From Oculina patagonica (Eukaryota), in NCBI RefSeq assembly GCF_052425735.1, contig NC_135763.1:1550001-1614000 (forward strand): a DNA stretch of 64,000 nt, read 5' to 3'. Positions within the stretch are counted from its first letter, which is position 1, and every line of letters begins with the position of its first letter. Positions 38,586 to 51,901 of this stretch are shown here, piece by piece. A program made the translations under genes and the position numbers. The notes under the pieces are model-generated. The model was not told the origin of the DNA, did no database searches, and saw only the letters and a program-made list of their open reading frames with translations.

Positions 38586-40905
38586 TTTGCTTAGACTCCA
38601 TTAGGGTGACTTGTAACGCGATCACTTAACCTTTTCCTCATTCGTCCCTTCTTTGTGCTACGATACGAGTGGGGAGTGGAGACGATTTCCTAGATGATTC
38701 CATCCCGCCCCCCCCCCCCCCCCCCCCCCCCTCCCGCCTCCTCTCCGCGCATTGACCCACTGCCGCTGACTTGCAATGTTTACACATGTAAATCCTTTAG
38801 GGAGCGTCGTTGAACGCTTTCTTCTTCCACTTGATCACTTCATCTAGATTTCGTTATTTCAGGTAAGCGTATTAGGACTACATTTATAACTGACAGCTTT
38901 ATTAAACTCAAAATGTTTAGTTGTGCTTGTTGGCCAGTTGTATCCACCCGATCGGCCGGCGACATTCTTTGTAAGATATATGCTACATGCAGGAAGCTTT
39001 GATCGATTACGGAACCGTTTGTCGACGTTTGACAAACTCCTATTAATGTTTATGTCAATGAAAGTCATTATCAGTGTAGGGCCTGCCCAGCTGTGCAACG
39101 ATGAACAGTTTAATACGGTTAAATATGATGTTGATTCTAATAAAGTAGCAATCGCGACAGAAAGTATATTGCAGGGTTTGAGTAGCCGGAAAGAGTCCGG
39201 AAAGCCTGTCGGCAATGCCAAATATTAAGCTTATGTTTACAATGCGCCGTATTAAACTGCACAGTAAATCAATCTGCTTGACTGATTCTCATTTCTTCCG
39301 ATTGCATGCAATAATTGAACCAAATAGACAGCGTTTAACTGTTAAGAGTCGACTCTGAAATGGGTTATATGTTGTAAGCTATCTGATAGAGGTGATTGTT
39401 TTAATATACATTGACCTACCTTCATCCCGTACATACATTTACTTTAAACTCGGGTTATCGAAGTGGCTGGTGTCCTAGTGATTATCAGAATTGGCCCTGA
39501 CGAATCACGCAAACGTTAATTACTCCGTTTTTCGCTGTCTGGACTGATGTATTTCGCATTTACAATTATTGGTCGAGAGCTATGGTCGATAAGAATATAA
39601 GCACTTAAAATGACTAAACCTGTAACGCAGCACAAGTCAAACTACAGGAAATCTTGAGAATAAACGAAAACCGGAAATTGTCGCTTCAAGAGGGAAAAAG
39701 TGATCTTACGAGCTGTCACGCGCGCAAGTTCGCACTGATGTTCTCCCTATTTCGCCGGTAAAGTATCGCTGTTATTGTAAAAAACGAATCGACCTAATTC
39801 TTCCATAGTCTACAGACTAAAAGACTTAAGAAATGAGGCCATTTAATGTCCCAAAACTTTGCAGTGGAAATAAAAGGAAAAGACGAGTTTTGAACATTTT
39901 ATGACGTCATTTCTACAGCCTATAAAATTGCAAGCCCGTACCCAGGGTCTTCGTTCCGACTCGAGTTACGAGATTGATAAAATTGTAGACCAGGGGAAAA
40001 TGTGGTCGATTTGTTTAAAAGTATTTTCTTGGAAAAATGGTCAAGGGTCGATTAAGGGAACGATCTGACAACATTTATGAACATTGAAATAGCGTAAAAA
40101 GGTCAATTCCCACTCGTATTTTTCAACAACTTGTGTCTTGCAGAATTTGAGTGTCTTGGTGAGGATTTTTGCTAATTTACTGAAGCAAAACAAAAAGGAA
40201 GTTAACTGAAGCAAACAAGCGCTAGCAAGATGACTGAAGACAAGGCTAATAACGCTGGAGGTGCATGACTTTTGAATCTTTTGATATATCCTGTGAAACG
40301 TATTCAGTAGCCGCAACGTGAATTGTCGCATTTTTGATATGCCTATGCATCAAAGCACTTTGAGGTGATTCAACTGGAAAAGAAAGAACATTTAAAATTT
40401 TCTCAAACTTGGTCCAGTTCATAATTATGTTATGAGCATTACAAAAATGAAATAAAAAATGGGTGTTACCGTGCTTGTTTTTGTGCAACATGGAATATCG
40501 AAAAACGTGAGAAATTGTCGTGACTTTTCCAGAAAACAGAACTCGGTGAGTGGTGACACGTCAGCTAGAACATTTTGGAAGAAATATGCAACACATTCGT
40601 CGGCTTCAAGTGGAAAAATTGCGATTGTTCGAGTGTGGTACTGATTTTCCATCTAATTCGCCGGTAAATTTTCAAGAGAATATGGTTGTATAAAATAAAT
40701 CGACCATGCACATTTATCCATGGTCTTCATTCTCATAGACCATAGATATGACGCCATAAAATATCCAGGGCTTTGCAGTGAAAGCACTCGCTTTACGGCC
40801 AGTTAAGTTTTGAACATTTCATGAACATGTGTTCTATGGTCTATTTAACAATTATTCCACGACGCACGTTGGATATGAGATGGAAGCACCGAGTTGGCTA
40901 TAACG

Positions 40906-40939
<34 letters not shown>

Positions 40940-41297
40940 TTTTATTGAAAACGCCCAAAGAATTGCGATATTTGAGCTCCCGAGCTGTTTTCGTTGACGC
41001 GTAACGGCTACCATATTTGTGGCCAATTGTATATGAGCTCATATACCATTGCCTGTTAACCAATCCGCCCAAAAGCTCAGGAATTGCAATATACCATTGC
41101 TAGTTTTTGATAAAAGAGTGTAGACCATGAATAATAATTGTGGTCGATTTGTTAAGTGCATATGTGCATGTATGCCCTTCATGGTAACAGTTGGTTCTAC
41201 TCTTCTATCCTGCGAATGTTTCGTAGCTTTCCATACTTTTGTGTTAAAATGCCCTAACTGTTTTTTTTTTTTTCGTGTAGAGGCCAACGTTCCAAAA

Positions 41298-42965
41298 ATG
41301 GACCATCCGTTTTCTCAGCCGTGGGAGGACAGCGACTTGATTATTGTCGTGGAAGGGCAAAAATTTCACGTTCATCGACTGATGTTGAGTTTAAACTCGC
41401 CAGTATTCAAAGCCATGTTCAAGTCTGAGTTCAAGGAAGCAACAAGTGGTGAGATTACACTTCCCGAGAAGAAAGCAAATGAAGTATTAGATTTTATTAA
41501 ACAGTTGTACCTAGACAAGAGAGAGGAAATCACAAGTAAGTGACCAAATACTTGCGCATTGCACTGATCACTGTCAGACCTTTTAAACCTACATAAGTAC
41601 TTACTTCACCGTGTTTAAGTAAGAGTGGTCAACATCGAAATCCTTGATGCATTTTCAAGTTGACAGATTACAAGTATATCATGGGAAATTCGTCGCCTAG
41701 GTTATATAGCTTACTTTGAATACACATACCGAGAGTATCGGCGCGGGCGCGGATTGGGCGGGGGAAGGGGGAGGAGGACACAAAAAATTAAGATGGAATG
41801 GAAAGCTAGACAGGAACGGTGAATGCAATGGTGATTCGTCCTGTTCCAGGCGTTCGGTTACTTGGGGAGCAGCACAGAAAAAACCGAGATTAGCGCGCTG
41901 CCAAACGGCAACGCAAGTAGACGCAAGTTTTCAACTTACTTCTACTTGCGTTGCCGTTCGGTCAGGGCTCTACTTTTGAGAAACGTCTTTCAAGCAGTTA
42001 AATCCGAATTTTAAATAAATCAAAGTGAAATAGTTGGCTTTATTATTGAGAGAAAACAACTGCCATCGAAGTCGCCGTGAAAAACAAAAGTATCATGTTA
42101 CAGCATTTGCAAGGAAAACAAAAGTATCTTGTTACAAACGAACAACAGTCGTGTTACGGTTGCAAAGATAAGCGTAAGGAACACCCGAGAAGAAACCCAG
42201 GTTGTGCTTCAACCTATAATTCAAAGAAAAATAAAGTAAAATGAACATGAAACATAAAACATCATACTTTCAATAGATCGACTCCATTGCACTCTGCACT
42301 ATCCGTTGATTCTCTGAATTTAATTATGGCCTTTGTTATTCTATTTAGTGAATAATGTGGAGCACTTGCTGAAACTTTCTGACGAGTACCAGGTAAAAGG
42401 AATCCTTGACCTGTGTGCCAGTTGTCTCAGGAAAGAACGTAAAACAGAATACAATGCCTTGAAAATCCTTCTTCTTGCTCAGCAATACAGGCTGAACAAT
42501 ATAGCCAAAGATTGCCACAGTGTACTGGCGAAAATGAAGCTGGAGAGACTTGAGAAGTGTGAAGAATTCCAACTGCTTAACAACGAGAACCTCCTAAGCT
42601 TTCTCCTTCTTAGAGTGAGACTGCTGGAAGAACTTGTTAGGGACCTCAGTCCACAAGTTGCAGGAATTGTGGCTTGCACCATGTGGCTGTGGAACGAAGC
42701 AAAAAAGCCTATGAATTGGTGTCCGTCTCACCTTCCGAACGGGAAGGCAAAAGTAAGCATAAGAAATTGTATGCAAAAGTGTCCTGCGTGCAAACACGTC
42801 ATTGAGTCCTTGGCATTGAGCACTGTTGCCGATGAATTTATACCTGATGAATCAAACAAACGTTTTTTTTCTCAACCCTGTTATCGTAGTTATTATTACA
42901 CCGACCGCGGCGATCACTTTGATGGCACCCTTGTGAATGTCTTGGAAAAATTGTTTAATATGTAG
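41298..42965 (+). CDS. BTB-domain protein paralog 3 (about 284 aa, 2 coding exons; an upstream exon is likely)
   Basis: Exons 41281 (ATG at 41298)-41535 and 42349-42965, phase-1 GT-AG intron. Reads MDHPFSQPWEDSDLIIVVEGQKFHVHRLMLSLNSPVFKAMF...WCPSH...CPAC. Confidence 0.85.
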
Positions 42966-43060
42966 TTGTTTATATTAATGGAAATTCACCTGTTTAAAAA
43001 CAGCAGATATCATAAATGGAAAGAGCGTGCGCAGTTAAGTTATCATGTCAAGTTTGTAAG

Positions 43061-43321
43061 CAATCTCGTTCCCAGAGGCGGCGCGTTTGCGGTCAACGGA
43101 TATAGAACGTTCAACGGCTCTGGGCGATTAAAGAACTGGAACTAAGGATTCCTGGTTCCGGTTTGATTGTGCGCGTGCGCCGGAGATTGTGGATGAAATG
43201 AACAAGTTTTCAGCAGCCAATCAGATTTGGCCGTGTTTTTGGCGGGCTTTCAGTCTAGCCCAGATGTCTCGATCAGTCTTGGTGCCGACCAAAAGGATCG
43301 CGGCCTTTGGAGACGAGATTG
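43061..43321. mobile_element. Short MITE with 9-bp TSD, related to the AcademH-like element at 51902
   Basis: gtttgtaag|caatctcgttcccagagg ... ggagacgagattg|gtttgaaag (one TSD mismatch). Confidence 0.7.
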
Positions 43322-44870
43322 GTTTGAAAGGAAATTTATGGGAACCGGATCAAACATATGCATGAACTCAAAAGTTTGTTAGATTATGTGGCAACTCTTT
43401 CTTTAGCCATACAAACGACTATAGGTATGACTTTTCTGGGGGGGGGAAATGTTCAGTGTTCAACACATTTTCCCAAGGGATGATCCCGAAGTTTGTGGCA
43501 TACCCGCTATTTTAGACCAAAATGTATGATTGTCGATATCCGCTGTCTGGCAGCTTCAATCCAAAAATCTGTAAACTATTTCTGATTTGACTGGTGCCCA
43601 GAAATGACTGTCATTTGCTTTTTTAAACTCTTAAGAAGGGCTTCAAAATATCATATATTGATATCACCGTACTTCTCGTTTTAACTGAGTGTTCACTGAA
43701 GAGAAACGAAATGAAATCGAGTTACTAGTCTTCTAGAAATCATATAAAATAGCTAAATAAAACATCCGTTCAATGTCCCATGTTGCTTTTCTGGTTCTCG
43801 TGTAGACGAGCGTATACGATCCACAAGGATCGCTGGAATCGTGTGGACATAACCTTTACAAACGTAAGGGAATAAGTGTGGACATAACCTACATAAAATG
43901 TAATCTAGGGAAATTGATGTAAATAATCTAATGCATTGTTCATGTAATGAATATATATTGTACTACAATTTTTTGCAATGTAAGCTTAGTCACGTAAGTG
44001 ATGTTTGTGATTTCAATGAGAAAGGTAGCAAAAAAGCTTTTATTGTGTAGGGTTATATTGATTAATTACTACCTTCAGGTTAACACTAATCCAAAGTAGC
44101 TCTAAGTAAAAATTACATGTACACGTGCTAACTTAAGTATTTAATAAAATCACCGGCCTCAAACTTGTCGAACGAACAGGGACCGCGGAGCATGTTGGAA
44201 AGTGGGGGGGGGGGGGGGGGGGCTGACAATTGAAAAAAATTTATCATATTGAAAAACTTGTTTCAAGTCTTTGTTTTTATTTTAACTTTTAATTATTTTT
44301 CTTTTTAGCGCAAAAAGTGGTGGGGCCGCGGTTCTACCAGCCCCTCCCCCTCCGCGGTGCCTGACGAAGTTATCGGATTAGCATTACACGTACTGTTTAC
44401 AGCCTGTCGTAGCTTGTTATTAAATATCAAAATATATGAAGACTGTATGAAGGGGCGAAATTTCATTAGGTAGGGACGATAGTTATTATATCACGTGGTT
44501 TCGGAGTACACTATATCCAGTACACTATATTCCTTCATCATCGGTCTTTGCTTTTAAATTCAATCAACAAAACGTCCGTTTTTAATAATATTACAAATTA
44601 TTGGTGGTTTTCACCTGACGTCATTAAAATTCTGAAATCTAAACTGTTAATCCTGCGTGCAAAGTTATTTCACATATTCAAGATAAGAACAAGAACTCCT
44701 ATAAAAATAATAAAATATTAGAGAGTAGAGAGAGAGGGAACTGGAACGAGTAAAGTTTCTAGGAAAAGTAAAAGTAAACAGAGAAATATCTCGAAATATC
44801 GATTTAGCTAGTTCAATTTGCGAAGTAGAAAAAGATATATACCATTTAAAACTTTTTCATAATAAGCTTA

Positions 44871-47800
44871 ATGGCTACTAACACCTCCACTGACGGTGCG
44901 TTTGGAACAGCGAGCGGTACTGGATGGATTGCTGCAGCAAGCCTGCCTGGTAAGCTTGCATATTTCAGGTTTATTATTGAATTTATAATATCAGCTCTTC
45001 ACATCATTAGTTAGAAGCAATATAGATATGTACTTCTATTTCAAAAAACCGATATAACCTTGTAGTTGCAAAAAACTGGAAATGCAGACTGCGATTGCAG
45101 CTGACTCTCATCGCTCACAAGTCTCGACGCGTCGCCGTACCGTATTGAACCGTGAGTCAAAAGAGTCGACTGAATAAAGTGCTAGTGCGGCCTACTTCAT
45201 ACAACCCATAACGATTTCGAGTTTATTGGAATTCGAAGTAGTAAGAGAACTTCTTGGTTTACTAATTGATAAGTCATCCGAAGACGATATTATATTATCG
45301 GGAAATTAATATATCAGTTTAAACTGATACCTTCTTCGCCGGGTGCGGAAGATTTTAGAATATTCAGAATATTATATCATCCGCCCGTGAAAGAACTTGC
45401 CCCAGCTTCAACAACAATATCTGACATATATGTAGATAAACAATGGACCACCGGTAGTGGCACTGTAAAAAAAAACGGTTTGAATTTCCGATATTTTTAT
45501 ATGTCGAAAGGAACGGTATTTTTCCACTTGAACAAATCAGAGTGTTCAAACGTACGTTTTGCAGTGAGACAAGATTGCTTTCCAGGAGAGGGCATAGGCA
45601 GTAATTTTAACCAATTTAAGCGAATATTGCATAAATTGTCCAAGCAGGTGGTACAGATCATTGTAAATCGGCAAATTTACGATTTAATTTGATATTCCAG
45701 CTAGTTTAAAAGAGCAACGGGGCGAACCGATCGCACTCAAATTAGGCCAGACTGTAGTTCGAAGACTGTTCTTTCGAGGACCGGGATCTCCGATGAAAGC
45801 GAGTCGAGGAAATTTTATTTTTCGGCTACATTCCAGAGGCGGTACCGGATTCTTCGATGTCGAAGTTGCACGCCTTGTGTAAATATTTGTATTCTATACA
45901 CGAGTCGAAATTTTAAACTCCTAGAACTGCTCTCGCGCGCTACAAAACTCCAAGAAAACGGTATAAAAACAAACTTAAACAATGCGAAAATATTTCTACT
46001 TCATCTTATTACCAATGCAAGTCGTAAAAGCCGATTTTAGAAAGCTGCAATATTTACAATGGCAATTAATGAAGAAATTTGAATATTCATATGGGCATGC
46101 TGTGACCTCACAAACATAGGATGATAAGCCTGTGGTTAAACAAAATTTTTGAATAAAACGAACTTTTCCAAATTCTCCGTTCGTTGTGAGTAAAGTTGGC
46201 AGTTCCGTACGTCCGTAATGACTAAATTGGGGTGATTGGAGTGATTTGCCGTGAAGTGAAAGGGTGAAGGTAACACCAAAAATTTAACATTAAGATCAAG
46301 TTGCCTACTGCCTCGCATAGCGAGCATTTCTGACGTTATAGCTAATAGCTGTACGCTTACATTTAGTAATGTGCTTGCTAGCACGATTTAATGTCAGTCT
46401 GGAAGCTTGAAAGATATTTCTTGCGGAAAAGAGCCACCCTGGATAAGCTACCGATAAAGCAATCTGATTTGACCATCCTGACCTTTTATGACTACTTTTC
46501 TAAACTGTCAAGTATTTTGGAGAATAACATGCTTAGACATGATTCTGTAAAATAAACTAACTCTCCAAGTAGTAAGATCTCTATGTAGTAAGTTAGATTT
46601 CGCATTGGCTCTCCAAGATATCAGATAACATTATATAAAGAAAACGTTCCACCGTCTATAAACAATTAATTGTATAGAAAAATATCTAAGGTCAGTATGT
46701 TAATTGATTTACTCTCGATCAGGGATGGCTTGGGGGGACGAGAGGGGGCGGAGAAAAGGGAAGGGGTTTAAGCCGTCAGACGTTTTTAGCTTGTTTTGTT
46801 TCGAAATCATACAAATGTATGAGTAACTTTTGAACGACGTACATTTATTTTTTTCTAGTTTGTTTGCGTGTTGTCGAGCCAGAAGAAGAGGAAATAGAAG
46901 AGGCACACCCCTTTTCAGAGCCTTGGGAGGAAAGTGACTTAGTTCTTGTGGTGGAGGATAAGAAATTTCATGTCCATCGCCAGATACTAAGTATACACTC
47001 GCCAGTTTTCAAAGCCATGTTAAATACGAAGTTTAAAGAGGCAACTGCCAGCGAGATTCCGTTACCAGGAAAGAAACCAAACGAGATTTTGGACTTTCTA
47101 ATGCAACTGTACCTTAAAGAAAGAGACGGAATAACATGTAAGTAAAACAAAGTGGCGCACATAAGAGTATTATAATGAGAAATTCAAATCAAAAGTGCGA
47201 ATCGCTCTCGCTTATGTTCGGCTATCCTAGTTTTTATAGCTATAGTAAACAAAATTCAACTTGAACAACTTGTTTTTCTTCGGTATCCTCTTTCGCAATT
47301 TTGTCTTCTGGTCCTGGGAAAAATCGTTCATTATTTTAAATGGTGTATGATAGGCAAATATTTCGTTTATTTCTGTCAGTAGCATTCTGGCGATCTTTTC
47401 AGAAATGCCATGGACGTAAGGCAATTAAAAGAGAGCCGAGCATGGTCTGGGTAGAAAGATCTCGCAGGGGAGCCTGCAGACATTTTTTTCGTTTAATGTC
47501 TCCAGTCCATGATAGATACCAGAATAGGTATTATGACCTGTTGGTTAGATTTTTGACAGCTTCGCGATGCATATTGGCACAGGATGACACTGAACTTGAT
47601 GCACGCTTTGCAAATTGCGTTACTTTTCAACCAAAACCCCCTGATGTTGAAGCAGCGTAGTACAGTCCTCATTCCCCCACTGGGCTAAAAGGAGAGCACA
47701 GAAGCTATGGTTTATCTGTGGCAAAAAAGCAATCATCGTGTTTTTAAAATTTTCTGACTAGTTTCGGAAGTAGTTTCAGTTGATCTTTCAATTGCTCCTT

Positions 47801-48881
47801 TCGTCTTAAGTCATGAAAGTTAGAATGCGCTTGTGTCGAACTTAGTTGAACTACCTCCGTGAAGATTTGCCTGTAACTGTCGTCTCTTTCCGATTTTTGT
47901 CATTTTTGTTTCGAAAAGAGACCCTGGGGATGAAGTAAAGGGTCGGCTGATGGGAAAGAGGGACTGCTTGTAGTATCACTCAGAATGTGACTTGTCATAC
48001 ATTGATTTTTCTGGTTCAAGCAGCAATTCTATTTTCTAGTTGTATTAGCCCGTATTAGTGTTAGTATTAGTGCCTACCTACTTGTAAACGTTATACTTGC
48101 CCATCCAACCAACCACCTAGCCAGCCACCTACCCTGAAAAAGTGTATAAAATGTTTTTTTTTTTTTCTATTCTTGTTAATTTTCAGTGAACAAGGTCGAG
48201 CATCTTTTAAAGTTAGCCGACGAGTATCAGGCAGTGTCAGTTCTTGACCTTTGTGTTAAGTGCCTCAAGGATGAACGAAAATCTAAACAAAATGTGGTGA
48301 AGATCATCTTCCTGGCAGATAGCACAGTCATGGCAAAAGAGGACGACAGGTTAGACGGTGTTCGCGAAGAATGCAACGACTTGATTAAAAATATTGAACT
48401 ATCAGATATTTTGGGAAAAAAAGATTTCAAGAATTTGGACCGCGATAGCTTGGAAAATGTTTTCGTGCAAAGAACTGAACGATTGGAAAAGTTTCTTAAA
48501 AGGGTTTACCCTCAGTTTATCGGGTTGGCTGAGTTTTGTATGTTTTTGGGTTTGGAATCAAGATCAGCTATAAATCGTTGCCCTGAACATTACTTAAGCG
48601 GTAGTAAAGCAAATGAGGGGCTCTTTGAGCGGATCAAAAGCTGCACAGTTTGTAGGAAGATGATTTTACAATTAGTTTCCACATCAAAGGAATCATATGG
48701 CAACAAGGAACACCGGTTTGGGGGCATTTGTCACTTTGACCATCAGTTGATTTCCGTTATTCAGGATTTTAAAAAGATAATTAAATCTGATTTCGATACA
48801 ATCAACACGTTGCCTACTGTACGTAAACCGTTCGGTACCGGTTTTCAGTTTACACCGCCCCCTAAACCGTTTGGATCTTAA
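44871..48881 (+). CDS. BTB-domain protein paralog 4 (about 350 aa, 3 exons)
   Basis: Exons 44871-44949, 46859-47137 and 48187-48881; phase-1 GT-AG introns; 1053 nt in frame. Exon 2 has the same length as, and near-identical sequence to, exon 2 of paralog 2. Confidence 0.87.
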
Positions 48882-49093
48882 GATGATGATGATGATGATG
48901 ATGATAAGAATAAGAATAAGAATAATTTAACAGCACTTTATTTTGCCTCAGTCTGGTATAATGCATTTGTGTCGTAACCTTTTCTACATCCGGCAAAAGT
49001 TTGTTGCTGTTTTTTTTTTTAGAATCAAAGAGTAAATTCGGGGCTTAAGTTCTTAAGAGACTTTATCAAAGGCTTGATATTGGAGGATCAAAG

Positions 49094-49275
49094 TAGACTG
49101 CAAAACAGTCGTATATTTTGCGAACGCGCTCAGTCTTGGAACGAGAGGGAGAGGTCTGGAGCCAAGGTCAAAACTGTGAGCGGGCAAGCGAGGCTCGCGA
49201 GACGATCGGCGCTTCGCGCCTTCGATAAGCGCTTTTTCCAACGACTTAGAGAAAAAACGACTGTTTCGCAGTCTA
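49094..49275. mobile_element. MITE with TAG..CTA termini and perfect 9-bp TSD
   Basis: ggatcaaag|tagactgcaaaacagtcgt ... acgactgtttcgcagtcta|ggatcaaag. The empty site is visible in the paralogous block near 37347. Confidence 0.8.
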
Positions 49276-50488
49276 GGATCAAAGCAACTAATTATAAAGC
49301 ATGCACGGTGTCATGTTGTTCAGTACAGACTACAGCAACATGGCAAGTATTAACAAAACCAATTTTGTACTCGTCTGGCGTTTTTTTATGCAAAGTGATT
49401 ATATTTCCTCGTAAGGTTTAACGATTCCTGTTCTAAAAGACAAGGACACTGGTTATATTTGATTTTTAATTTATCTAGAATATCGTTCACGTTATAGTTT
49501 TTTAATAGTATTTTAGTTTTTTATAGAGGGCCACAAGTTTGTTAGTGTTGTACACTATTTAGTGCTACCATCTTTAAATAAAGATCTTACTTAAGATTTT
49601 TATGCGTTTTGTGGTGCACTTTTCTAGCTTGGTGGGGCGAAGAATGAAAATTAGAGACCAAGGTCGACAACCATTAGAGACATTAGTCGTTCCAGATCAT
49701 CATGCCATGTATTCCAGCACGCGTGGGTTGTTTATGCTATCAGCTATACGTACAGTTGTACATGTAACAGGACCACAGGCCATCACATTTGCTGCTAAAG
49801 AAAACTTAGATGCCTGTCCAAATTGAATCAGCCCTTGAAGCAAGATTGAAAATATGAAAAATTTCCTGAGTTAAATAATTTCCACGCCTTTTTGTCAGCA
49901 TCGTATTTTTTGACCCGCGACGAGGAACTTCAAGCAGACCACTGAATCCAACGAGTTGCCCAAATGTTCTGAAACAATAAGACATTTTGCATAAAAAAGT
50001 CAAAGTCAAACTCCACCATAAAATAATCAAAATACGGAAAGAAGTAGCACAGTCCAACTATTTTTCAGTTCCTCTCCTAAGACTGATACGCGTCATACAA
50101 TCTTAAAAGTTATTGTCTCGCATAAGGTTCATGCTCTGGCAATGAAGATTCTTGAATTTAAAGTTACAGTGTTCTCGTTTGAAGTCATGTGGTCGAGCAA
50201 CTCAAGGATCTTGGTTGCTATTGTAAAAATTATCTGAACCAGAAAAAAATATAAGAAATAAATAGTCTGAAATGAAATCAATTAAAACATCTCAGCCCAA
50301 AAAATCCTAGTTTCAAAGAACATCCTTTGAAACGGGTGTATAGTCAGTGTGTCATCATGCGTCAATCAATCAACGCATTGATACGGACGCTTTATCATGA
50401 AATCACGGTTCTTCCGGTCCGTATGGACCGTCATCCATGCTTACAGGACGCGCATCTATTACAGAATGCGCATCTGGTCATAGCATTA

Positions 50489-50734
50489 AGCCCGGGCCAA
50501 ACGAAGACGAGAGTTGATGAGAAGTCAAACTCTAACTCTCGTTTGGCATGGAACTCTCGTGCACTCTCATTGACTCTCGTGCGCTCTCATCGACTTTAAA
50601 CGCGTTCAAATTTTTCATAAGACTCGATGAGAGTTTTTTCCCGTTCGGCCCAAGTTGATGATAGTCCATGAGAGTTGACGAAAACTCTCATGAGAGTCAA
50701 CTCCATCAACTCTCATCCACATTTGGCCCGGGCT
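50489..50734. mobile_element. Harbinger-like MITE
   Basis: agcccgggccaaacg ... catttggcccgggct inverted ends in a TWA context. Confidence 0.6.
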
Positions 50735-51901
50735 TTAGTGCACCGCGAATTAATTCAGTCGTTGCATCAAAGGTAAAAGAAGTATATGTCTGCCTCGTTC
50801 TTAAAAATCTGCTGCGCCTTAGGCTCGAATGCCATGGCCAGCCGTTTTGAGAGTCCGGTTTGAATCCTGCTTCAAACGCAGGCTCACAAAACTGCCAGAA
50901 ATCGTGGCTAGTCATTGCTAGTTGCGCCTAGCCTGCAGAACAGTGCGCTAGCCCTAGATGGACTTGAGGCAGTTTTTGCTACAGTGCGCGATGGAGAGCG
51001 CAGAGCGAGAGAAAAACGACGAAAGGAAATACGCTGGGATCCCAATTTCTCGAACCTTCAAGGGAAACGAAAGTTGGTTAGCGAAATCGAGGGTTCAAGA
51101 AATCGGGATTTCACTGTAGAGTATATGTGTGCTTGGTTGCTGTTCCGGAGTTTTCTGGAGTTCAAACCATTCCTCCATTCCACTATAAACTTGGACCCAG
51201 TGCCTTCTCGGCGAAGCAGCGAACCGAGTAAAGTTTCTTCACACGAGTTTTCAGTGATCCTGAACGCAGAAACTGATTTGGGCAAGCTTAAGGTATGAAT
51301 TTACACACAACTTCTTCATCATTAGTAACTTGGAGTATTAGTATCCCTTGTAAATGTAAGTTTATTGTCTTGCTTGCATGGTTCGGGATGCTACTTGGCG
51401 ATCGAGAGAATCCATGTGGACGAACCGGAATATGAAGTCAAAAATATGGACGTGTTCTGAGAGAGCATAAAAACTTTTAGGCCTGGTTGTTCGATATAAT
51501 TTGGATGTGTTTTATTCAATAAACTCAAGGCTAATTTAAAACATTTAGCATACAGCTTCCCATTTGCATCTCAATGAATAAAAATGTAAGCTTACCTATT
51601 ATTCCCGGCTTATCCAATCGAACGCCAATCGTTCGACAGAACATAATCGGACTCCAAATTACATGTGGTCAATCGAACAAAATCGAACGTTCGATTACCG
51701 GACAGTCGACAATCGAACAAAATTGAACGTTCGATATTTACCGAACAGTCAACAATCGTACCCCGGGAATCATACTCAATCATACTCAATGTTACGAGGC
51801 CCTGTTAGGGGGGTCTTTATGTCCCCCGTCTGAATTTGCAAAATGCTATGGGTAATATATTACACTGATCTGACGAGCTTTCACACAATCAGCAAGGTGG
51901 G

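Noticed and set aside
38859-39228. Overlapping 120-aa and 101-aa ORFs (also the 101-aa ORF at 45387-45692)
   Set aside because: No recognisable motifs or compatible splice structure.
51200-51292. Putative non-coding first exon of SMS ending AAG|GTATGA
   Set aside because: Plausible, since the exon at 56870 has an acceptor upstream of its ATG, but unsupported without transcript data, so not listed as a feature.
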